Shown: positions 28,358 to 39,769, numbered from the stretch's first letter. The stretch: DNA of 64,000 nucleotides from an uncultured virus (IMG/VR IMGVR_UViG_3300021400_001516) (IMGVR_UViG_3300021400_001516); one strand, 5' to 3'. The notes: generated by a model not told the origin, from the sequence alone. Translations and numbers: made by a program.

Positions 28358-29879
28358 ATGAATTGCGCTCTAGATAATTTAAGTTTAAAAGAGCGAGCTG
28401 ATTTAGTTTTAAAGAGAATAAGAAACATAATCTACTACCGATTAGAGGTAGAGCCTAAAGATCCAACGCGGAGAAGGTGTCAGTATTTACATGTTCTTCG
28501 TGAAATCCGAAAAGAGCTTGAGGAACTTACAAAGGATTCAAACTTTGAAAGACTTAAGGGTTATCTGTCCTGTATTCCTGAAAATATAGAAAGTGAGGAT
28601 GTATGGGACGCAATAATAGGTTTAAATGATTACGTTAGAAATGAACCCAAACAAGCAGAAGAAGTTCATTAAGAAATCACTTCAAGCAGCCGGGAGGAGA
28701 GAATTTGAATGTCCTCTCGGGCTTGTTTCTATTTTTTGGAGTGATATTCTTCTTAATGGGCATGAAATTACTGACTCTGGGGTTTTGAGTCGTATTATAG
28801 AAGAAATTAAAAACCCAAAGAATTGGTGGAATGATCTAGGTTGTCCTGAGTATAAAATTTATAAGTATCTTACAGAAGGAAGAGAATATGGAGAACTTGG
28901 ACTTCCTGAGATTGGAGGATGGAAAAAGATTGCTGCAATAAGGTCTGCTAAGACTGTTTATGTACAATCAGAATTTGGTATTACTGAATTTTTCTATAAT
29001 TTAACTCCAGAACTTCAAAGAGAAATACTAGAAGCCGTGGAATCTGCTGCACGGGGAATCGTAATGAAAAAATTTAAATGAAAGAGGAGAAATTTATTAA
29101 AGAAAACTATAATGGGGGAATGTATTCAAAAGAACAATGTATAGATTTTTCTAAAAGATTAGCTACTTCCTTAAGAGAGTCTTGGAAGGAGGGAACAGAT
29201 CAATTTATAAAAAGTATGTGGAAATGGAAAAAGAATATACAAAATCTTATTCTTCATTGGAATTCTGATCTCCCAATTATAAATTATCCTGAATATAGCT
29301 TTTTAAAATTTATTTTAGAAGCTTATTGGGATTATTTTGTTAGAGATAAAGACAAAGAAAAATTTTATAAAGAGGTAGGTAAATATGATAAATGATGATA
29401 TCTTAATAAAATATGTACGACAGGCTGATTATACTCAAGATTGGCCAGAACAAGTTAGAATAATAAAAAAACGTCTTGAAGAGCTTAAAGAAGGCTTTCC
29501 TGGACTTGGAAATGATTGTTTGTCATTAGTTCAATATAAAGATCTAAGGACAGGAGATATTTTCATAATAGATCCTTTTATAGATTCTGAACCTAGAAGA
29601 GAGACTGCAGCTCCCACTATGTTTTATTGGTTAACTCCAGATATTTTCAGAGTTGAGGGAATAGGTAGGGGACTTGATCTTGAACGTGATCCTGATCGAT
29701 TAAGATATAGATGGAAAGACTGTGTAGGACTAAAGATGGTAGAGGAGTGTTTTGGATATGCTCCATTCTATAAATTTGTTCTAAATTTTCCAATTCTTAA
29801 AGTAGATGTTCGTCCTACTCCAAATGGAGGCCCGGGATATTATTATTTCTATCGATCTCCTAGAGATTTAAGATACTAA
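28358..29879 (+). CDS. Four coupled hypothetical genes (28358-28672, 28626-29081, 29078-29395, 29385-29879)
   Basis: ORF track; overlapping start/stop codons; no recognisable motifs. Confidence 0.55.
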
Positions 29880-29966
29880 AAAAAAATATGAGCCGAGAGG
29901 CTCATTAATTTTGCTTTTTTTATCGCTCCGTTTTCTTATATTTGAATTTATATTGGTTAAAATAAT

Positions 29967-31277
29967 ATGAGATTAATTCAAACTAAATTGAATTTATATT
30001 TACCGAGCGATGATGTGGTTCGCAAAGAAAGACCATATAATATTTTTAGAAAATTTCCAAACTTAGTAATTGCTACGTTATCTACTACAAACAATAAAGC
30101 CGCTATTAGAAACTTAAAGTTTTCTATTTATAGTTCTAATTATACAAAAAAAAGCGGTAATACTGACGTAGATTATAATACCGTAGATCAATTTATTAGG
30201 GTTGAGGAAATAGATAATCAAGATTTTACATTAGAGTTTCTTTCTTGTGGTCTTGATTGTCCTATAAATTCTATACCATGTAGTTATTTTAATTACAGCA
30301 TTAATACTTATAATGCTGCAGTATTTAAAATATCGTCTCCAGAATTAGATAAAAAATTTCCTGGACTTGATATAGGAATTTTATGTAATCCTTCATTTTT
30401 AATGAAGCAACTTTCAGCTACTAGAACTTTAGATAATGGAAGATTACCCGTTAAATATTATTATGTATCTGGTGGACTTTTTCTTGACAAACTTCGTGTT
30501 TGGTTTGATGATATGAATAATATTAAGGGAAATCAACATCTCTTAGATTATAGTAGAAAAAGATCTGAGGATAGTTTTGTATCAGGAAAAAATTTGATTC
30601 CAGGAAAACTTTATTCTTCTACCAGAACTGACTATGGGGAATATTTTCTATATCTTGGGGAATTTGAGAAATGTCTTACTACAGTCAAATGGAAAAATAG
30701 TCTTATATTTGATTGGAGTAGTGCTTATTCTTCAAATTGTTATGGAAATCCTAAAGGTGGATTAAATCACGGTGGAAAATTAATATTAGAATTTTCTTGT
30801 TTTGATCACATTAATTTCGATCTTAAGGGACTTGACTATATGACTGCTATGAGAACGATAATATCTACACATAATAGAAAGGTTAGTGCTAGTCCTTGGG
30901 GTGGTTATAACATTAAGATAGTTCCTCCAGAGACCCGTCTTAGGGGAATTGAGTTAGATGATTTTATTAATGTAGATGAACAACTTAGTCCAGAAACTTT
31001 GGTAGAAAATTATATTAACGAAAACCTTTCATCTGGAAATTATGATTTTATTGGAAATAATATATTAACTTCTCTTGTGTGGGACAAATTTAAAAATAAT
31101 GGAAATTTAAAAAATATACTAATAGAGAAATTTGCAGCGTCCTTTCATTCCCAGGCTTCTACCTATGGTACAAAGTATGAGAACATAAGAGATAATTTTA
31201 AAACTATAACGGGACTTGATCCAAGTCTTCTTGATGTAAAAATTCAATTTTTTTCTAAGAAATCAAATAATCCCTAA
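29967..31277 (+). CDS. Hypothetical protein
   Basis: ORF track 436 aa; CTTATA 29935-29940. Confidence 0.65.
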   Translation: MRLIQTKLNLYLPSDDVVRKERPYNIFRKFPNLVIATLSTTNNKAAIRNLKFSIYSSNYTKKSGNTDVDYNTVDQFIRVEEIDNQDFTLEFLSCGLDCPINSIPCSYFNYSINTYNAAVFKISSPELDKKFPGLDIGILCNPSFLMKQLSATRTLDNGRLPVKYYYVSGGLFLDKLRVWFDDMNNIKGNQHLLDYSRKRSEDSFVSGKNLIPGKLYSSTRTDYGEYFLYLGEFEKCLTTVKWKNSLIFDWSSAYSSNCYGNPKGGLNHGGKLILEFSCFDHINFDLKGLDYMTAMRTIISTHNRKVSASPWGGYNIKIVPPETRLRGIELDDFINVDEQLSPETLVENYINENLSSGNYDFIGNNILTSLVWDKFKNNGNLKNILIEKFAASFHSQASTYGTKYENIRDNFKTITGLDPSLLDVKIQFFSKKSNNP

Positions 31278-31279
31278 CA

Positions 31280-31657
31280 ATGATTTTTGATGAAGATGCT
31301 TATCTTTTAGATGATGAGGAGGATGTTGAAGTGAGGTATTTTACTGTTATTATTAAAGTTTCCTGTTTGAAAGGAGAGGACGGAATTTCAGTAGTTACTC
31401 TTAGCGATCTTGATATGGAACTTATAGAACCTATCCTTCTTGATATAAAAAGTAGAAGGGGGTATTATCCAACAGGAAAATATGTTCAACCTGGATGTCC
31501 TACGCCAAAAGATTTGTATAGACATTATCCAGGATGGGATATACTTAGTACTATACTTCCTGAACCTTTATCAGGATTTCCTCAAATTTCTGAAGTTAGG
31601 GTTTATAAGGATGAACCTATGGTATTAGATATGTTAAATGATATTAAACAGTCTTAA
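31280..31657 (+). CDS. Hypothetical protein
   Basis: ORF track. Confidence 0.55.
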   Translation: MIFDEDAYLLDDEEDVEVRYFTVIIKVSCLKGEDGISVVTLSDLDMELIEPILLDIKSRRGYYPTGKYVQPGCPTPKDLYRHYPGWDILSTILPEPLSGFPQISEVRVYKDEPMVLDMLNDIKQS

Positions 31658-31659
31658 TT

Positions 31660-32214
31660 ATGTTAAGAGAAAATATTATAGTAGGTTATTTAAATAGTCT
31701 TAAAGGAAATTCAAGTGATGTAGTGATAAAAAGATTAACTGAACTTGGAGATTCTGTAAGTTCAGGAGAAAAAAATACTATATATTCCTATCTATTTCCC
31801 GGAAATCTTCTTGATGGAGAACTAGCAGAACAATATAAAGCAGCGGGCGGAGGGGGTTATAAAGGAAAACTAGAACCGAGTGAGGTTGACATACCTCTTC
31901 TTATGAATGCTTACGGCTCAAGACAGTATAGGGGTTATATTAGACATTTACTCCATACTTTTGTAAATGCAGGAGAGCAAGATTTATTTCTTCTTGATTC
32001 AGATGAAGTAACGGAGTGTGGACTATGTAAAGTGGGTGTTCATGGATTAAAATCTAATCCCCCCGATAAATCTCATCTTGCCTATGGGTCTCAAAGATCT
32101 AGTGTACTTCTATGCCCAACGTGTTTATTTCAGTTGCATATATTACATGATCTCCTAAGAAAGATAGAGGGAGATAATTACTTGATTTGGGGAAATGTTA
32201 TTGGAAGATTATAA
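31660..32214 (+). CDS. Protein with C4 zinc finger
   Basis: CGLC...CPTC. Confidence 0.6.
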   Translation: MLRENIIVGYLNSLKGNSSDVVIKRLTELGDSVSSGEKNTIYSYLFPGNLLDGELAEQYKAAGGGGYKGKLEPSEVDIPLLMNAYGSRQYRGYIRHLLHTFVNAGEQDLFLLDSDEVTECGLCKVGVHGLKSNPPDKSHLAYGSQRSSVLLCPTCLFQLHILHDLLRKIEGDNYLIWGNVIGRL

Positions 32215-32833
32215 TAAGATCTTCCAATTATATTTTAGTATGAAAAATAATAAAAAAGAGGAATTTATTTTTCCTGATATTCCTGGACAGAGTTATCCGG
32301 TTTATGCAGTGGGAAAAGGAGGGAATCTTGTAAATTTTAAAGCAATGGTATATCCAAATGCAACTTCTATAAAAAAATTTACAAGAAAGAGACAACTTCG
32401 TTATAGATCTCTCCAGGCCAAGATTTTTGATGCTATTATTAAGATAGGCTATTTTGATCCCTTAATAGTATATAGAGAATTCCCGATTATCATAGAGAAT
32501 AGCAGAAGATTGCCAGGAATGGATAATGGACTTTTCTGGCTTATTGATTATTATTTTCCTGAATTAAAATTAGCCGTAGAACTTGATTCAGACTATCATG
32601 ATGATGCTAAAGATTCTCTTCGTGATAGATATCTTAAAGAAGTTCATGGAATTGATGTTTTTAGGATTAAAGATCTACAAAAAGAAAAAGTACAAGAAAC
32701 TAGATTTAGAGAACTTACAAGTAAAATGAGAGGTATAACTCCCGTCAAAAATCCACTTCCCTTAATTTTTACTACAGACCTATATGATAAACTTAAAAGG
32801 GAAGCTGAAAAGACGAGAAATCCTAATAATTAG
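32195..32833 (+). CDS. DUF559/Vsr-like endonuclease
   Basis: IDYYFPELKLAVELDSDYH...RDRYL...GIDVFRI. Confidence 0.75.
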   Translation: MLLEDYNKIFQLYFSMKNNKKEEFIFPDIPGQSYPVYAVGKGGNLVNFKAMVYPNATSIKKFTRKRQLRYRSLQAKIFDAIIKIGYFDPLIVYREFPIIIENSRRLPGMDNGLFWLIDYYFPELKLAVELDSDYHDDAKDSLRDRYLKEVHGIDVFRIKDLQKEKVQETRFRELTSKMRGITPVKNPLPLIFTTDLYDKLKREAEKTRNPNN

Positions 32834-32853
32834 ATAAAATAAATTTCATTAGA

Positions 32854-33465
32854 ATGAAGATTGCACAATCAATAGATTTTTCGAGAAAGAGATTAGTGAT
32901 TAGTATAACAAGTAATCTCTTTACTGATTATTATCCTCACTTTGAAGGGCTAGTTAGGGATTCTTCAGGTAAGAAACTCCCTGATAAGACTGAAGTTGTA
33001 CGACAAGGAAGAGATACCGCAATTCTAAGTTTCCCAATTCCGATGACCCCAGAAACAGTCAAAGGAGGGGAAGAGAGTAATGGCGAGGATCAGGTTCAGA
33101 AAATTGGAGTCCCCATGGATCTCTTTAATTCTGTTATGGGATTTATCTATAACTTTACAGATAAAGCTGTAAAAAATATGGATAAAACTCGTGAGTGTTT
33201 ACCTCTTAGGGGATATCCGGAAGAGGAATTAAAGAAAGATATAGTAAAGGCTCTTAATGCTAAAAGAGATCTTCTTATTATTGATACCTTCCAAGCTTGG
33301 GTTAAAGGTATGAGAACAGGAGAAAGATCTTATAATCAGTACTTAGTTAAGTATAAAACGCAACAGTCTGAATACAGTGATATCGTACTGATGATAGTAA
33401 ATGGAAAATTTAAAGAGTGGAGAAAAAAATATAAAGGCCAATTGAAAAAAGTAGATTGGATTTAA
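32854..33465 (+). CDS. Hypothetical protein
   Basis: ORF track. Confidence 0.6.
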   Translation: MKIAQSIDFSRKRLVISITSNLFTDYYPHFEGLVRDSSGKKLPDKTEVVRQGRDTAILSFPIPMTPETVKGGEESNGEDQVQKIGVPMDLFNSVMGFIYNFTDKAVKNMDKTRECLPLRGYPEEELKKDIVKALNAKRDLLIIDTFQAWVKGMRTGERSYNQYLVKYKTQQSEYSDIVLMIVNGKFKEWRKKYKGQLKKVDWI

Positions 33466-33540
33466 AAACTAAAGAAAGATAGAATGATATTTTAGATGAT
33501 ATTATCCTATCTTTCTTTTTATTAATTTTGTTGTAATATA

Positions 33541-34128
33541 ATGGAACAAGTAAGTGAAAACGTAATTGTTTATTATCCCGGAGATCCCATAGGAGATGAA
33601 GCCTCTGGAACAGTGAAGATAGCTTTAATGGGTTCCTCATCCTATGATCCTAGTGGTGCTCATGATTGGGAAAGAAAATTTATAGAGGGAGTAAAGTATT
33701 ATGCAGATCGTTCTATGAACTCTACCACCGGATTAGTGATGTTTAAAAACCTAAATTACAGTATCCTGTGTGGAAAAGCTGCAAATCCTCTTCAAAATCC
33801 CCAGATGGATGTTGATAACCCTGAATTTATTACTAAGATGAAATCTAATTTAGATTTCTGTGATGCTGCAGATGGAATTATTTTTAATTTTCTAAAGAAG
33901 AGTCAGTCTCCTACTCCTCTCATGATGTTTGGTCACCTAGCTCAGTCAGGAAAAATGATTGTTAAGTGTCCTCAGGAGTATTTTGCATACCCGCTAGTAA
34001 AACTCATGTGTGAAAAGTATCAGATTCCTCTTTATCCGGGAAAGATGGTTAGTGTATTATTAATGCTCCAGGGATTATTTACATTACCCGCCTTCCAGCA
34101 GGTTCAGCAGTTTAACCTGCCTGAATGA
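33541..34128 (+). CDS. Nucleoside 2-deoxyribosyltransferase-like protein
   Basis: IALMGS...DWE, ADGIIFNF...SPTPLMMFG, GKMIVKCP; usual LLELG Glu replaced. Confidence 0.6.
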   Translation: MEQVSENVIVYYPGDPIGDEASGTVKIALMGSSSYDPSGAHDWERKFIEGVKYYADRSMNSTTGLVMFKNLNYSILCGKAANPLQNPQMDVDNPEFITKMKSNLDFCDAADGIIFNFLKKSQSPTPLMMFGHLAQSGKMIVKCPQEYFAYPLVKLMCEKYQIPLYPGKMVSVLLMLQGLFTLPAFQQVQQFNLPE

Positions 34129-35336
34129 GAACTCTTATTATTCTCAGAGGACTTTCCAGATTTGATAAAGATTCCTGGTTAAAAAAAGAGAAACTTTTAA
34201 ATTTTTCTATAGAACTTGAAACACTTAAGAGACTTTTTTATAAGCCTGAATATAAAGGTGGGCGTGATTTTTTAATACGCTCCCTAGATGACCTTGTATA
34301 TAGAAGAATGATTGAAATCTTGATAAGTAGAATGAACGGTTCATTAGTTGTTTTAGATTGGGGAACTGATTCTACAGCTGCGATAGAACAACTAGCTAGA
34401 GTTTTAGGATATACTGTATTCTATAAAGTCTTTAGTGTGCCGAAAGATTATCTCACGGACCCTAAGCGTTATCAAGATCCAAGATACTTACCTAAGTCTA
34501 AGGATCAACTTAAAGAGGAAGTTGAATCTTTTAAGAAAGAAGATTATTCGGATAAACTTCTTATCAATACTTATGAAGATTTAGAAAAATATTGGGAAAG
34601 TGCAACACCCATATTTAAAGTTAGAGATAGGTCGTCTGTAATACATGTATCTGATATTCATTCTCATTGGACTATCGTTCGAGATATTATTATTCCGAAG
34701 ATAGTTCATAAAGGCCTTACTATTTTTCTTGGAGATTATATAGATGGCCCTAACTCCGGGGGAAGTAGAGAAGTTATGGAGTTTATAATGCGTGAACAAC
34801 GTGATAATGTTATATTTCTAGAGGGGAATCATGAACAGAGACTCAGAAAATTTCTTGGGTGGAAAGCGCTCAAGGGAAATAAAAGAATTGTAAGTGAGTC
34901 TCTGTATTCTGAAATTCCACCTGATTTTTTAGAACACACTGCAAAGGAGTTCGATGATCTAACTGCTGCTGATGCGTGGAATTGGTTAGATGAATTAAAT
35001 GGAAAACTTCATGAATTTTTTATCTACGAAAGACAAGGATATCGTTTTATATGTAGTCACTGTGGATTAAAGTGGGCAGAACAAGTATGTCCAAAATATG
35101 TTGGGAGTCTTCTTAGCACGAATCGACATATAGAAAAGACTGATGAATTTTTCTCTAAGAGATATTCAGAGAAAAAGGTTTGGTCAATTCATGGACATTG
35201 TCACTATTCTGGTTATGAATTTAATAAGTTTCCTGGGGTATTCAATATTGATCCCCCAGATGAAAATAAAGTTATCATAATGGAAGGTAAACCAAATTTA
35301 AAATTTAATATTAGATGTTTAGAGCAGGACAACTAG
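34125..35336 (+). CDS. PNKP-like fusion: degenerate kinase-like domain plus calcineurin-like metallophosphoesterase
   Basis: LIILRGLSRFDK; SDIH, GDYIDG, GNHE, SH, HGH. Confidence 0.75.
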   Translation: MRTLIILRGLSRFDKDSWLKKEKLLNFSIELETLKRLFYKPEYKGGRDFLIRSLDDLVYRRMIEILISRMNGSLVVLDWGTDSTAAIEQLARVLGYTVFYKVFSVPKDYLTDPKRYQDPRYLPKSKDQLKEEVESFKKEDYSDKLLINTYEDLEKYWESATPIFKVRDRSSVIHVSDIHSHWTIVRDIIIPKIVHKGLTIFLGDYIDGPNSGGSREVMEFIMREQRDNVIFLEGNHEQRLRKFLGWKALKGNKRIVSESLYSEIPPDFLEHTAKEFDDLTAADAWNWLDELNGKLHEFFIYERQGYRFICSHCGLKWAEQVCPKYVGSLLSTNRHIEKTDEFFSKRYSEKKVWSIHGHCHYSGYEFNKFPGVFNIDPPDENKVIIMEGKPNLKFNIRCLEQDN

Positions 35337-35821
35337 TACAATTTACTATTAAAGGTGATTTAGAAAAAGTGATGAAAAGTCTGATGGAAACTTTTCCTGG
35401 GACAGAAGTTGCAGGGATTACTATTCAGATTAAAGAAGATTTTGAAGGAGAACTCCCAAAAGAAATTATAGGATTTGATATTGTTCAAGAAAGTACGGTA
35501 ATGGATGCTATAGAAAAGAGTACGGAACACTTAAAGGGGGATTCTCTCAGTCTTGTTCGAATTATAAAAACTTTATTTGACAGAAGAGGAAGCGATTCTG
35601 TTAAAATTTTTGATATTCCGGAACTTACCCTCCCTTTGGGATTTGAATATGCAGTTATACGAACATTTCTTGATGGATATTTCTTTAATACTCCAGAAGA
35701 TAAAAGAAAAGAGGAATTATTGAAGTTAGTAGGAGAGAAGTGGGAAGATCTCAAAATTACTGAAAATATTTTTGATTACGCAGGTAAGATTTTTGGCGTA
35801 GCTTTATATAATATGTCGTGA
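35315..35821 (+). CDS. Hypothetical protein
   Basis: ORF track. Confidence 0.55.
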   Translation: MFRAGQLVQFTIKGDLEKVMKSLMETFPGTEVAGITIQIKEDFEGELPKEIIGFDIVQESTVMDAIEKSTEHLKGDSLSLVRIIKTLFDRRGSDSVKIFDIPELTLPLGFEYAVIRTFLDGYFFNTPEDKRKEELLKLVGEKWEDLKITENIFDYAGKIFGVALYNMS

Positions 35822-35891
35822 AATTAAAAAAATGGAGTTATATTGCTTAAGTCATCTTATATCTGTGTTAATTAAAAGTTTTTATTAAAAT

Positions 35892-36149
35892 ATGAAAGCA
35901 ATAGGTTCAAAAATTTTAGTTAAAGAAGTAGAACAAGAAGTACTTCAAGAAAAAATTGGTAACCTTACTGTTCCTGTGGGTAATAGTAAAGAAAAGATGT
36001 TGTGCGAAGTTTTATCTGTGGGTGAGGAGATCAAAGGTCTCAAGCCCGGAGATAAGATTTACACCTACTATGATCCCGGTCATAAGTTTAGAGAGGCCGG
36101 TGAAGAATATAGAATTATTTCATTACCAGATATCTTAGTAGTACTTTAA
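35892..36149 (+). CDS. groES: Co-chaperonin GroES
   Basis: KILVK...EVLSVG...LKPGDK...DILVVL; directly upstream of groEL. Confidence 0.85.
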   Translation: MKAIGSKILVKEVEQEVLQEKIGNLTVPVGNSKEKMLCEVLSVGEEIKGLKPGDKIYTYYDPGHKFREAGEEYRIISLPDILVVL

Positions 36150-36162
36150 AAGAAAATTAAGA

Positions 36163-37800
36163 ATGGAAGGAAAAATTATTAAGCTTGGAGATTCGGCACA
36201 AGATCGAATTATTGAAGGTGTTAAAAAAGTTGCAGATGCCATTAAAATTACAATGGGACCTGCGGGTAAAGGTGTAGCTCTTGATACTGGATTCGGAGGA
36301 GTAGAGATTACACGAGATGGAGCTAGCGTTGCTAAGTTTATTAAGTTTAGTGATCCAGAACTTAATATGGGCGCTGACTTAGTAAGAAAAGCTGCAGAAT
36401 CTACTGAAAAGAGTGCAGGAGATGGTACCAGTACTACCTCTATTCTTATCAGTGAGTTTTGTCAGAAAGGTAAGAAGGCCGTTATTAATGGAGCCAATGT
36501 AAATGAGATTAAGTCTGGTATGTTGAAAGCTGGAAAGTGGCTGACGGAGTATATTAAGGCTAACTCAATTCAGGTAGATGGTGACCTAGAGAAGATCCGG
36601 AAGGTAGCCACTATTTCTGCCAACAATAATCCTGAAATTGGAGATTTTGTAGTTAAAGGTTTTCAGGAAGTTGGGATGAATGGCCTTATTACTGCCGACA
36701 TGGCTGCTGGTCTTGATACTGTAATAGATGTAACGACGGGCATGAAGCTTGATCGTGGCTGGAGTAGTCCTCAGTATATTAATCACCCTGAGGATGGAAC
36801 ATGTGTTCTTGAGAATCCCTACATCTTAGTAGTAGGAGAAACTTTGGATACTATTCCGAAAGTAATACCTTTCTTTAAAGACTATACCGAACATGGCGAA
36901 GGTCGTCCTCTATTGATTGTATGCGATGATATTGATGAGGCGGTTAATACTATGTTAGTTTTTAATACTATGCAAGGTGCCATTAAGTGCTGTGTAGTAA
37001 AGGGTATTGATTATGGCGATGCTAGAAAGAATATTATGGAAGATCTTGCTGTAGGGGTTGGAGCTCAGCACCTATGCCAGGAGAATAATATTCAAATGAA
37101 TCAGGCTACAGTTAACCATCTTGGAACTGCTTCACGAGTAGTGGTTAGTCGTGATAATTGTATTATTTATGAAGGTGGAGGTGATCCCGATGAAATACAG
37201 GCACGTGCAGATATTCTTCAGATGAGACTTAAAGATCCTCAGACTACAGACTATGACAAGACTAAGTTTGAGAAAAGGATTGCTAACTTAACGGGAGGTA
37301 TTGCTATTATCAAAGCAGGCGGTGCAAGTGAAGCTGAAAAGCAGAACTTAAAAGCTACCATTGATGATTCTATTCTCGCTGCAAAAAGTGCTATTGATGA
37401 AGGATGTGCTCCCGGCGGCGGTTATGTTTATTTCCATGCAGCATCAGCTCTCTTATCAGATAAGCCTTTCTGGAAACAACTTAAGGGTGATGAAGTCGAG
37501 GGTGCAAATATCGTTGTGAGCTCTCTTCCTATTATTATGGAGACTGTTATTAATAATAGTGGTGAATCTAGTGAAGTTATAATGAATAAGATTCGTTCCA
37601 GTAAGAAAGAAGGTAAGGGCTTTAATGCCAAAACTAAGAAAATAGAGAACCTAGTTGAGGGTGGAGTTCTTGACAGTTCTAAAGTTCTTAGAGTATCTCT
37701 TGAAAATTCTATCTCAGCGGCATCTATGATTCTCCTCATCGACTGTACTATCGTTGATGAGCCAGAGGAGAAGAAGTGTAGCTGTGGACATGAAGACTAA
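36163..37800 (+). CDS. groEL: Chaperonin GroEL (group I)
   Basis: TMGPAG, ITRDG, AGDGTSTT, GGIAIIKAGG, PGGG. Confidence 0.96.
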   Translation: MEGKIIKLGDSAQDRIIEGVKKVADAIKITMGPAGKGVALDTGFGGVEITRDGASVAKFIKFSDPELNMGADLVRKAAESTEKSAGDGTSTTSILISEFCQKGKKAVINGANVNEIKSGMLKAGKWLTEYIKANSIQVDGDLEKIRKVATISANNNPEIGDFVVKGFQEVGMNGLITADMAAGLDTVIDVTTGMKLDRGWSSPQYINHPEDGTCVLENPYILVVGETLDTIPKVIPFFKDYTEHGEGRPLLIVCDDIDEAVNTMLVFNTMQGAIKCCVVKGIDYGDARKNIMEDLAVGVGAQHLCQENNIQMNQATVNHLGTASRVVVSRDNCIIYEGGGDPDEIQARADILQMRLKDPQTTDYDKTKFEKRIANLTGGIAIIKAGGASEAEKQNLKATIDDSILAAKSAIDEGCAPGGGYVYFHAASALLSDKPFWKQLKGDEVEGANIVVSSLPIIMETVINNSGESSEVIMNKIRSSKKEGKGFNAKTKKIENLVEGGVLDSSKVLRVSLENSISAASMILLIDCTIVDEPEEKKCSCGHED

Positions 37801-37806
37801 AATATG

Positions 37807-37837
37807 AGCTAGGTCCTTTGGGACCTGGCCCTTTTTT
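37807..37837 (+). terminator. Intrinsic terminator
   Basis: gctaggtcc-tttg-ggacctggc plus T-run. Confidence 0.75.
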
Positions 37838-37891
37838 AATAAATTTTCCGGATAGAACGCCTAGAGTTCTTATTTATATAAATAACTTAGT

Positions 37892-38248
37892 ATGAAAGAG
37901 GATAAAGAAGATGAAGGATTAGCAATACCGAATCGTGAAGTTATTGAACACATTGATAGTTATTTCGATGGAGATGAAGAGTGTGTATTAGCTAGAAAAA
38001 TGGCTGAATCTTTGGCAAACTTAGATAAGCCGTTCGGTATATCCTGGGACTTCGAACTTGTACGAGATTTTTTAGAGAAAAGAGGTTATAAAGTTATTGT
38101 TCGAATTGATGGAGAAGGAGAGTATTATTCAGTATTTCCTAAAGATGGAGATAATGAATGTATTCCTGACGAACAGAACATTATGGATATTTTTTCTTAC
38201 GAAGTTCAGAAGTCCATACTAAAGTGGTTATTACAAATTGGAGAATAA
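37892..38248 (+). CDS. Hypothetical protein
   Basis: ORF track. Confidence 0.55.
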   Translation: MKEDKEDEGLAIPNREVIEHIDSYFDGDEECVLARKMAESLANLDKPFGISWDFELVRDFLEKRGYKVIVRIDGEGEYYSVFPKDGDNECIPDEQNIMDIFSYEVQKSILKWLLQIGE

Positions 38249-38257
38249 GAAAAAATA

Positions 38258-39769
38258 ATGGAGATTCAAGAGAGTATTTTACAGAAGTGGGCAGTTCTTA
38301 TAGATTGTGCTAAGAAGTATTGGATTGATTCAGTCCCTACGGGGATGCGTGACGACGAGTTTGATCGTCTCGAACTTCAAGCAGCACAAGAGGATGGGTT
38401 TTTCGTTAGAGATTACATATATCAAACATACCTGAAGGGAACTCGTTCTAAGAATGCCTACATAGAGAAGATTAAGAAATTTAAAGTAAACGGTCCAATG
38501 TATAATGCTTTTCTAGAGTCAGAAAAAGAACTTGGGGTTAGTTTATACTACACTCTGAAGTATGATGGCTCTAGTATTGCAATATATCTAGACCCTAAAA
38601 CAGGCCACCCCAAAAGAGTAGTTACTGTAGGAAACCTGAACATTGATGATTATGGTGTTGATCAAACCTGGAAACTTATGAGATTTATACCTCAAAGTTT
38701 TCCAAAGGGAATTGTAGCTATTCAGTGTGAAGCTCTTGTTGATACTAGAAGTCTCCCCGAAGGGACGGACCCCCAAAGAGCAAGACAAAAAGCGAATGGT
38801 CTTATAAATTCAGTAGATCGTGATGCTGATGTTCTAGGAATGTTAACCCTTAGAGCTTATAGATATTATACTGAAAATTCCCCTGAAGGTTGTGCTATTA
38901 GAAACAGTGATTATAGGGACGTTTTAGCAAAATTTCCAACTGTAACTTCCCCCATTGACGGAAGAATTATGTTTGCTCCAGCACAGGTGTGGTCTCTTCC
39001 AGAACTTGAAAAGGATCCATCTTACTGTGAAACTGACATAACTTCTACTGCTACTGGTACTTTTACCAATGATGGATGGGTACTTTACAATAAGCAGGGA
39101 ATTTGTCAGAGAGCATTGAAGTTCTCTGGTGCAGGTGAGGGTGAGCTTGTAAAGACAACTGTCAGAAGTATCCAATGGAATGATCAAACTCCAAAGGGAA
39201 AAGACTCCTGGTCTGCTAATGTAATAGTTGATCCTATTGTAGTTAAAGGATGTACTATTAAAAAACCTAGTGCAGGAAGCGTATCAAAACTTTTGAAGAA
39301 TAAGATAACTCCTGGTGCTGAGGTAAGTATTATTATGGCAAATTCTACTATTCCGATGGTCGGAGAAGTTTATAAAGAGGGTAACGGTGATTTTATGTGG
39401 CCGACCTGTAGCTGTGGACATTCTTTTGATCAGAATGATATATATGGAAGTCTACTCAAATGTGGAAATCCTATGTGTACTAGAAGAATAGAAAGAATGA
39501 GAGCATACTTGGCAGGAATTCAGGATCTTCTTGACATCGACTTGAATAAATTTCTAGTCCTTGATCGTTTTAAGTGGGAAAATACCAAACTTGATCTTCC
39601 AACTCTCTTAGGATATGTTCAAAGATATGATGAAGTTGGATATTATGAATACCTGAAGAGTTTCTTGAATACTCCTCTCCAAATACGAAATCTTGATTTA
39701 GTGTGGAAAGCAAGTTATTATGTCATACTTGAAGACAAAAGACTGCAGGGATTACCCACAGTTAGTTAA
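38258..39769 (+). CDS. ligA: NAD+-dependent DNA ligase (short, no BRCT)
   Basis: Ia-domain YW...DDEFD, KYDG adenylation motif, DG, OB fold IP, C4 zinc finger CSC...C...C. Confidence 0.85.
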   Translation: MEIQESILQKWAVLIDCAKKYWIDSVPTGMRDDEFDRLELQAAQEDGFFVRDYIYQTYLKGTRSKNAYIEKIKKFKVNGPMYNAFLESEKELGVSLYYTLKYDGSSIAIYLDPKTGHPKRVVTVGNLNIDDYGVDQTWKLMRFIPQSFPKGIVAIQCEALVDTRSLPEGTDPQRARQKANGLINSVDRDADVLGMLTLRAYRYYTENSPEGCAIRNSDYRDVLAKFPTVTSPIDGRIMFAPAQVWSLPELEKDPSYCETDITSTATGTFTNDGWVLYNKQGICQRALKFSGAGEGELVKTTVRSIQWNDQTPKGKDSWSANVIVDPIVVKGCTIKKPSAGSVSKLLKNKITPGAEVSIIMANSTIPMVGEVYKEGNGDFMWPTCSCGHSFDQNDIYGSLLKCGNPMCTRRIERMRAYLAGIQDLLDIDLNKFLVLDRFKWENTKLDLPTLLGYVQRYDEVGYYEYLKSFLNTPLQIRNLDLVWKASYYVILEDKRLQGLPTVS

